A stretch of 64,000 bases of DNA from Octopus vulgaris (Eukaryota). Both the position numbers and the translations under genes were made by a program. The notes below the pieces were generated by a model that was not told where the DNA came from, did no database searches, and was given only the letters and a program-made list of their open reading frames with translations. Positions 54,928 through 64,000 of this stretch are shown piece by piece (the stretch's first letter is position 1; each line of letters starts with the position of its first letter). The DNA is taken from positions 34,410,001-34,474,000 of the forward strand of contig OX597819.1 in assembly GCA_951406725.2 (NCBI GenBank), written 5' to 3'.

Positions 54928-55454
54928 CTAGCAGTATCGCCCGGCGTTGCTCGGGTTTGTAAGGGAAATAACTATATAAGCATTTTTAGAGAGTTATAGC
55001 AAAAAAATGCATTAAAAATGGAATAAAAAATGATGATAATTTTTTTTTTAAATCGTTGACTCAGTGTCTTCAAGCCATGAAGTCGTTGTTCTAAAAGAAC
55101 GCTGGTTTCCTTAACAACGCATTACGACGTTGATTTCTTTACACTCCGTTCCCCACAGCTTCACGAGGGAGGGAAGGGGGAGAAGCAAACAGGTGCAGCT
55201 GTGAGCGTGGACGCCAACTCCGCCGCTATCGACACACGATGCATTTTATGCATTAAAATGGAATAAAAAATGATGTTAAATTATTTTTAAAATCGTAGAC
55301 TCATCGTTGACGCGCGCTAATAGTCAGACGGGCTCGATATGAATCACGACTATAAGATACCCGGTTTTGGTTAAACTGCACCGCAAAATGTGGGAGTAGT
55401 TAGGAATCTAAATCGTAGGAGACAGACACACAACTTCACTTTTATATATAAAGA
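54928..55454 (-). mobile_element. Non-autonomous Helitron, second copy with an extra internal segment
   Basis: A|TC ... hairpin ... CTAG|T termini. Inserted in a Tc1/mariner relic. Confidence 0.9.
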
Positions 55455-56899
55455 TTTGAGAAAAAGTTAACTGACATGGAGGACTGGAAGCCAACTGAAT
55501 ATTGGAAAATAGTTACCTGTATTATGAAAATTCCTGCCAGATATCAAGATGCCATCGTCATGACTAGCTCCCAAAGCTTTGTTAACGCCATAACGGCTGT
55601 AAGACATGACATGGACAGGTGCAATGGGGACTACAAAGCTGTAGTTAGCAAGATCAGACACAGCAAGTGTTCTGATTGCATCCCCACGACAGACTTCATC
55701 ATCCCCAACAACCTTGAGCAGGGCCTTAGGCTCAATTCAGACAGCTGTGTAAGGCTGTGGGAGATAGTGGTCAATCCCTGGCTGGAGAGGTTTGCTGGAA
55801 GGCCAAATGTGTGAGTGGATTTGGTAGATGGAAACTGAAAGAAGCCCGTCATATATATGTATATATATATATGTGTGTGTGTGTGTGTTTGTCCCTCCAA
55901 CATCACTTGACAACAGATGGTGGTGTGTTTAAGTCCCCGTAACTTAGCGGTTCAGCAAAAGAGACCGATAGAGTAAGTACTAGGCTTACAAAGAATAAGT
56001 CCTGGGGTCGATTTGCTCGACTAAAGGTGGTGCTCCAGCATGGCCACAGTCAAATGACTGAAACAAGTAAAAGAGTAAAATAGTAAGACTACAATAATGG
56101 TATAACAATGGCTATCACACAAGTATATAAACTCCAGCATAAACCACAACATAATTAATACAGTTAGACAACCAATATGAAACATGTACCATCACTGAAA
56201 TTTTATACATCACTATGAGATTCAGAATAATGTTATCATGCACACAAGGCAACATACATTTAGAGTGATGCAACAGAATGGTCATCCAATATGTCACTCT
56301 TTAGCACCACCACACTAAAATAAATGAAACCGTTTTGTGTTTTATAAGTTGCAATTTGAATCTTGCATTATTACACAGCTTCGTTGAATATAATGAGAAT
56401 ACAAAATTAACGTAGACTAATACTCACCACTTAAGATATTTTGTGAATTTAGATATTCATATCAACAAAGGAAGGCAAATAGATCTGGGCATGACCTTAA
56501 AACATACCTTCATTTCTCCTATGCCCATTCATTAAAACACATATTGCACAATACACCCTATACCCTATGTAAAAGTATCAATTCACTGTAGTAAATAATA
56601 CTGTGACTCCTTAGCAATCACTCTACATAATTATTATTCAGTGTCAGCAGATAAACAATAGCCAATTGAATAACAGGAGTGTCCACCCACGGTAAAAGAC
56701 TTTGACATTCATAAAAATCCAACCACAAAGTATGAATATGCAAGCACACGTACTTAAGTACACACCTAAGAGGAAGTATCTTAATCTGTTCAGAGCCAGG
56801 TAATATGCACTTACACAGTTCAGCCCAGTTACTGCAATACAGTGTATTGCCATAATATTTACCAACTATACACACACACTGTTTCAGTACATTCATGTG

Positions 56900-56937
<38 letters not shown>

Positions 56938-56939
<2 letters not shown>

Positions 56940-57331
56940 TTATAATACAAATAAGAAAATGGAGAAACAAATTAAGTTTCTTCATCAACTTTCGGATATT
57001 AGAATGTTGGATTATTTATTCATTTAACAAAATGAGAACCTCAATAGCATACATATATATCTTATAATTCAATACATATAAGATAAGAATACAAATTATG
57101 AAAATCATAATATAAATTATTGAAATCATTAAAATCACTTCTTACAGCTGTTTCAGCCTATGGCTAAAAGTAGTTATTTTAATTTTTATTGCCTATAGTT
57201 GTCAACATAATGAGGTTGTAGACATTTAAAAATATGGTAATTATATATATAACCATAGGCCTCGTCAGAGGTTATAAGGAACTTTTGAAATATTGATATT
57301 AATACATTAGACATGATACACGTATTATTTA

Positions 57332-57381
<50 letters not shown>

Positions 57382-57524
57382 TATATGTATTAAATTATAA
57401 GTTATATATGTATGATATTGAGATTCTCATTTTGTTGAATAAATAAATAATCCAACATTCTAATATCCGAAAGTTGATGAACAAACTAAATTTGTTTCTC
57501 CATTTTCTTATTTGTATTATAAAT
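56938..57524. mobile_element. Penelope-like insertion with ~143-bp inverted arms enclosing a hammerhead
   Basis: 56938-57080 is the reverse complement of 57382-57524 with few mismatches. Confidence 0.8.
57136..57275 (-). ncRNA. Type I hammerhead ribozyme with a very large stem II insert (GUA site)
   Basis: Minus strand reads CT-CTGACGA-GGCCTATGGTTA...(~80 nt)...TAGCCATAGGCT-GAAA-CAGCT-GTA-AG. 12-bp stem II and palindromic stem III ACAGCTGT. Stem I is weak. Confidence 0.7.
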
Positions 57525-58088
57525 TTATGGTAAAAATATTTCTTTACCTTTCCCCATTTAAAACAATAAATGAATTAATTGCATTGCAATTAAAAACATT
57601 TACGTATTAAGAATCTGGGTACTTTACCAACAGTATATTGGATAAATACTATCCCATAGTGGGTTGCACCCGTAACCCCTATCTTACTTTGTATTATATA
57701 TATATATATATATACCAAAGGATCTTTGCTTTCTTCCTCCAATGCTCCCTCTCCTCTCAAAGGATCTTTGTCTTGCAAGTCACTTGGTGAGCCTGCTAGT
57801 GTTGGGGTCATGCAAAATGCATCCAGTCCACCCTGTGTAAAGTGGTTGGTGTTTGGAAGGGCATCCAGCTGTAAAGAGCCATGCCAAAATTGACCTCGCC
57901 AATGCTTGTGCCATGTATGAAGCACTCTGTCTACTCTGCAGGGTGGTTGGTGTTAAGAACGACGTCCAGTTGTAAAAACCATGCCAAAACAGACACAGAA
58001 GTTTAGTGCAGGCTCCTGCCTGGCCAGCTCCTCTCAAACAGTCCAATTCATGCCAACATGGAAGGTGAACGTTAAACAATGATGATGA

Positions 58089-58134
<46 letters not shown>

Positions 58135-58719
58135 TATATCATCATCATCATTTAATATCCATTGTCCACGCTGATATGGGCTGGACATTGATTATATGAT
58201 TGTATGATTGGTTGTGTGGTTAAGAATAATTGCTTTGCAACTATCTAACTAGTATGTATGGCACCTTGGACTGACCAATGCCTTGTGAGTGAGTTTGGAA
58301 GTGAATTCAGTAGTGTGTTCAATTCCAGGACAGGGCTGTATTGTGTTCTTGAGCAAGACACTTTATTTCATGTTGCTCCAGTTCACTCAGCTGTAGAAAT
58401 GCATTGCAGTATCACTGGTGCCAAGCTGCATTGGCCTTTACCTTTCTCTTGGACAACATTGGTGACATGGGCAGGGAAAACTAGTACACATGGGTGTCTC
58501 TGGTCTTCCATAAACAACCTTGCCCAGACTTGTGCCTCAGAAGTTAACTTTCTAGGTCATTCATAACCAAATGGGGTTTTTACCCTTTACCCTTTTATAT
58601 ATATGTACAGAGAGAGAGAGAGTTTGACTAATATCACATTTGATAATGTAAAGTAACAGGTATCAGGTTATCCCATAAGTTCTGTCCGAATTTTGAATAA
58701 AGAAAACAAGTGATCAAAT

Positions 58720-59193
58720 AGCTTTAGTCTTATATTTATAGACTGCCATATTAGTATGGCGATAACTATTAATATCCAGTAACACTGCCGTAATCTCCTT
58801 TAGAGAGACTTAGTAATTTTAATATTTCTATTATTGAAAACAAGTGGATGTATTCCACTGTAACTAGGTAAATAAAATCTCTGAACAGACGGTCAGTAGC
58901 GACACCTGCTGGTTCTGACTACGCTGCATTGATAAAGGGCAACAACCCTGAAACATGTCTGCAGATGTCTGACTAGCAATGTGAAGCGGCTGACCTCCCC
59001 TGTTCGAAGGTTGTAATGGATGCAGGTTCATGTGTCATATAGCTAGCTAGAGGCAATGGCCTCTTGGAGCTAATCAGCGATACCTTTAGTCTTATATTTA
59101 TAGACTGCCATATTAGTATGGCGATAACTATTAATATCCAGTAACACTGCCATGATCTCCTTTAGAGAGACTTAGTAATTTTAATATTTCTAT
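58720..59193 (+). mobile_element. Retrozyme-like insertion: 1.3 copies of a 362-nt monomer, 12-bp TSD
   Basis: TSD AAGTGATCAAAT at 58708-58719 and 59194-59205. 110-bp direct repeats at 58722-58831 and 59084-59193 (2 differences seen). Central hammerhead. No ORF. Confidence 0.9.
58924..58964 (+). ncRNA. Minimal type I hammerhead ribozyme with U3:A8 core variant
   Basis: CTGCA-TTGATAA-AGGG-CAACAA-CCCT-GAAA-CAT-GTC-TGCAG. Perfect stem I and stem II, palindromic stem III ACATGT, GUC site with cleavage after 58959. Confidence 0.85.
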
Positions 59194-60509
59194 AAGTGAT
59201 CAAATGTTATATTTAATTGAAATTTAATCATCAATGTACTTTCCCTGATTATCTATGACTTCCTTCCATCTATTTACAAGCTTTTTAATTCCATCAATGT
59301 AAAACTTTTGGTTTCAAGGCGAAGGACTCTGAAATGTCAGTTTCAACCTCCTCCTGGCTTGCAAAAGTTATGCCCCTCAAATCATTTCTGTAAACTATGA
59401 AACAAATAGTAGTCTGAAGGAGCAAGGTTGAGAGAATAAGGTGGAAGAGGAATTTTTTCCCAACCAAGCTCTTCGATTTTCTGTGACATGATCTTTGAAG
59501 TGTGGGGTCATGCATTGTCCTGATGAAACATCACTCCTTTTCGATGTATTAAAGTGGGCTTTTTTCTTCAAAACTTGGTTCAAATGCTCTAATTGCTGAC
59601 AGTAGACTTGAGCATTGATTGTTGCATTAGGTGGTAATAATTCAAAGTGAATTACTCCTTTACAATCCCACCAGATAGAGAGAAGACCCTTTTTCCCATG
59701 AAGTTCCCTTCTTGGTTGTGGTTGAGTTTTATCCCTTTTACCAAGCCACTGTTTACGATGTTTAACACTTTGATAGAAGATCCATTTTTCGTCACCAGTC
59801 ACAAGTCTATCCAAAAAGGGTGAAATGAGTTTGTGAGACTGGAGAGAAGAGCAGATGTCAACTCAGGATTTGCGGTTGCATTTGGACAATTCATGAGGTA
59901 CCTATTTTCCAAGTTTAGGAACCTTTCCAAGTTGTTGAAGATGACAATGAACAGTTGCATGGTTTGAACTAAGCTTTATTGCCAATTCTTCAACTGATAA
60001 TGCAGGATTTCTTTCAAATAGTGCCTCAAGGAGCTTATCATCAAACTCAACTGGACGTTCTGTTCAATCTTCATCTTCAAGTTGAAATCTCCACTTCTGA
60101 ATTTTGGAAACCATCTTCAGCAAGTTCTATCATTCAAGCATTCTTTCCCATAAACTAAGTGTATGTTTCGAGTCACTTTGGCTGCAGAGTCGATGCCACA
60201 CGCACACAGTTTCTGTCTACCAAATCCACCTACAAGGCTTTGGTTGGCCCGAGACTCTAGTAGAAGACACTTACCCAAGGTGCCATGCAGTGGGACTGAA
60301 CCTGGAACCATGTGGTTGGGAAGCAAGCGTCTTACCACACAGTCATGCCTGAACCTATATAATTACATATATATAATATATATGCATATGTATGTTGCTT
60401 AATGTCAAATTACAGTGAAAGGAGTGCTCAATACATTTTGTAGAGGATATGATTGTGTTAATTAAAACTGAAATTTGAGTCACAAAACCAACTCACCACT
60501 TCAGTTTTG

Positions 60510-60579
<70 letters not shown>

Positions 60580-60678
60580 TAATAATAATAATAATAATAA
60601 TATTAACAACAACAATAACAATAATAATAATCCATTATTTACATTTGACAGATATTTGTCCTCATCTTGTTTGATGTT

Positions 60679-60724
60679 AACACAATGTTTCAGCTGATAT
60701 ACTTTCCAGCCTTCATCAGGTGTC
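60679..60724 (-). ncRNA. Minimal type I hammerhead ribozyme, probably mutated in stem III
   Basis: Minus strand reads GACAC-CTGATGA-A-GGCTGG-AAAGTATA-TCAGCT-GAAA-CATT-GTGTT. Stem I GACAC/GTGTT, 6-bp stem II. It lies between (AAT)n and (ATT)n tracts. Confidence 0.7.
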
Positions 60725-60779
60725 TTGGGGAAATTTCGAAACTAGGTTCTCATTCCTAAGGTATTTTTCGATATTATTA

Positions 60780-60832
<53 letters not shown>

Positions 60833-63032
60833 TTTCAGATCACTGCTTGGAATCAAACTGAATATAGCTCATTATGTGATTATGTATGGAAAAATGGAGA
60901 CCACATCCCCTTGTGGAGGAGGAAGAGAAGGAGGAGGAGGAGAAGGAGGAGGAGATATAGGTGCAAGTGTAGCTGTGTAGTAAAAAGCTTGCTTCCCAAC
61001 AACATGATTCTGTGTTCAGTCCCCAGAGAGTGACTCGAGGACAAAGTTTCATACACTGGAACCTTGCAAAGTGCTGAGTGCCAATGCACAAAATACTCAG
61101 CCTTTGATTTACTCTGAAACTTCTGTTGATTAAATATACGAAATACAGTTTACTTATTAATGATAAGTGTAACAACAATGTGCAGAGGCGCAATGGCCCA
61201 GTGGTTAGGGCAGCGGACTCGCGGTCGGAGGATCACGGTTTTGATTCTCAGACTGGGCATTGTGTGTGTTTATTGAGCGAAAACACCTAAAAGCTTCACG
61301 AGGCTCCAGCAGGGGGTGGTGGCGGCTACTGTTGTACTCTTTCGCCACAACTTTCTCTCACTCTCTCTTCCTGTTTCTTGAGTAACACTGTGATGGACTG
61401 GCTCCCGTCCAGCTGGAGGGAACACATACGCCACAGAAACTGGGAAACTGGGCCCATGAGCCTGGCTCGGCTTGAAGAGGGCAATGTTTATTGTTTTTTT
61501 TTATCATAACAACAATGTACTGTAACAACATGGAATCATGTAAATATGGAAAGAACACTCTAATTCAATAAAACAGAAATATATGTAACTTTAATTACTT
61601 ACAGAGAAAATTTAACTTCTATCACTAACAGTTCTACCCCTCACTGCCCTACCCAGCATTGCTAGGCTCCAATGAATATCTTCCAACATTTGAGGATCTT
61701 CACAGAAAATATTTGCAAAGCCAGTTTATTGAAGGTGGTAATAGCAATGTATGGAATTATTGAAGATCAGAAGAATGTGGTTGGCCAATCACACCAGAAA
61801 TCAAGGAATCTGATTGGTTAAACAGTGATTGCAACAAAAATACTAAAACAACAGCACTGAATTAATTATAATAATAAAAGAATTGTTAAACAAATATGGA
61901 TTATCAAATTAATCTGATAAAGCAAAAATGAGCCATCAATTTGAAGTGATGATAACATTGATTAAAGGATTCCACTGTAGAATAGTAATATTATTAACTG
62001 CGAGATTCTCTCAGATGATTAGTATTAGTGACTAATTAGATTGGATAACAAATAGGACTGGAATCTAGTTGAATGAGGATATCAAAGATATGGATTTGGT
62101 AAGGGTGATAAATAGCATATAAAAAAAGCAAAAGATGGGCTAATTGGTAATTTCAACAAAGATAAAAGAATTTCACTGGAAGATAATATTAATATCAGAA
62201 GAACATGGTTGGGTTAATTTAAAATACCACAGTTAGAATAATATTGACTAAAGGGCACAGGCGTGGCTATGTGGTAAGAAGTTGGTTTCCAAACTACATG
62301 GTTCCTTTGGTAAGTGATCATCATCATCATCATCATCGTTTAACGTCTGCTTTCCATGCTGGCATGGGTTGGACGGTTTGACTGAGGACTGGCGAGCCAG
62401 ATGGCTGCACCAGGCTCCAATCTTGATCTGACAGAGTTTCTACAGCTGGATGCCCTTCCTAACACCAACCACTCCGAGAGTGTAGTGGGTGCTATTAAAT
62501 GCCACCGGCACAAGGGCCAGTCAGGCGGTACTTGCGATGGCCACACTCAAATGGTGTTTTTTTATGTGCCACCTGCACAGGAGCCAGTCCAGCAGCATTG
62601 GCAACGACCTCGTAGACAACAAATTTCCAGCAATTTAATTTTTAGTAATTAAAAGAAATCAGAAGCAATGTTCTAAGCAAAAAGGTACAAAGCACATCTG
62701 AGAAGCAATTATATTGTGTACTCAAATCTTCAGTGTCTTCATTAATAGCCCTGTGTTGACCAAATCCTTGTGAGCAGAATTGGGAGATGAAAACTAAATG
62801 AAGCCTATCTTAAGTGTGTGTGTGTGTGTGTATTTATGTATGTATATGTGTATGTGTGTGTGTGTGTGTGTGTGTGCATGTGTGTGTGTGTATATCTATT
62901 ACTGTGTTTATCCCCTACCACTGCTTGACAACCGGTGTTGGTGTGTTTGCATCTCTAACTTTGCAGTTCAGCAAAAGAGACTGAAACAAGTAAAAGATAA
63001 AAGTTATATATAAATATATATATATATATATA

Positions 63033-63170
63033 TTTATTATATAGAAGGAGTTTACAGGACTTCTACAGGACTAGAACTGTTTCATTCAAGAGAAATCTTC
63101 AGAAATCTTCCTGAAGATTTCTCTTGAATGAAACAGTTCTAGTCCTGTAAAGCTCCTTCTATATAATAAA
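63033..63170. repeat. Fold-back palindrome containing a hammerhead-like core on each arm
   Basis: Arms TTTATTATATAGAAGGAG..TACAGGACTAGAACTGTTTCATTCAAGAGAAATCTTCAG / CTGAAGATTTCTCTTGAATGAAACAGTTCTAGTCCTGTA..CTCCTTCTATATAATAAA. Confidence 0.85.
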
Positions 63171-63235
63171 TTAATTTTACTCTGCTATGTATTGAGTACC
63201 TTATTTACTGTGGTTAACCCCGAATCAACCCGGGA

Positions 63236-63280
<45 letters not shown>

Positions 63281-64000
63281 TAGTGATTTGGCTGTAGCAC
63301 TTGCAATTGCTGGATCATGAGTTTGATTCCTGGACTGAGTGGTGTGTTGTGTCCTTGAGCGAAGCACTTCATTCCATGCTGCTATGCGCTTATTTCAATA
63401 TCTGATGAGTGGCACACTTGTCCACCTGCACAGGTAGTGTCAATTTGATGGAAGGAGTGAGCTAATGTACGGCACAAACTTTTGATCATTATAAACAAAT
63501 CATTTGTGCAGCTTGTTCAGCAAAAGCTGAACACTCATATGTCATCTTCAATGGGAGAGTCCATCATGTTTATACACACACACACATATATATATGTATA
63601 CACAAATATATATACATATATATATATACATATATATACACACACATATATATACATATATATACATATATATATACATACATATATATCATCATCATCA
63701 TCATCATCGTTTAACGTCCGTTCTCCATGCTAGCATGGGTTGGACGGTTCGACCGGGGATCTGGGAAGCCAGAAGGCTGCCCCAGGCTCCAGTCTTATCT
63801 GGCAATGTTTCTACAGCTGGATGCCCTTCCTAATGCCAACCACTCCGTGAGTGTAGTGGGTGCTTTTTACGTGCCACCTGCACAGATGCTAGGCGAGGCT
63901 GGCAACGGCCACAGTCGGATTGGTGGATTTTACGTGCCACCGGCCCGGAAGCCAGTCGAGGCGACGCTGGCATCGGCCACGAGTCGGATAGTGCTTTTTA

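Larger units (their letters stand above)
58663..60190 (-). mobile_element. Degenerate mariner, 5' end truncated by a SINE, interrupted at 58720-59193
   Basis: ORF 59395-59814 DRLVTGDEKWIFY..LLSIWWDCKGVIHFELLP. Terminal TA-TCAGGTTATCCCATAAGT. Confidence 0.92.

Overview
This is AT-rich, repeat-saturated eukaryotic DNA. The SINE, RTE and microsatellite content looks like an octopus (coleoid cephalopod) genome, which is an inference from repeat families. No host gene can be confidently called, and almost all ORFs in the supplied track are translated (TA)n/(CA)n microsatellites. Recognisable content: several tRNA-derived SINE families, RTE-clade LINEs (two long 5'-truncated copies head-to-head, with a PHD-type finger inside the RT), Penelope-like remnants, mariner/Tc1, hAT and piggyBac-like relics, non-autonomous Helitron/Helentron elements and one LTR with a tRNA-Trp primer-binding site. 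The most notable unannotated signal is a set of type I hammerhead ribozymes in several unrelated sequence contexts. These include a 534-bp x2.46 tandem array with one hammerhead per unit (3073-4386). They also include a 474-bp, TSD-flanked insertion equal to 1.3 copies of a 362-nt monomer, carrying a U3:A8 variant hammerhead (58720-59193). Both look like retrotransposed circular RNAs (retrozyme-like). All structures were read by eye and nothing was folded or searched computationally.
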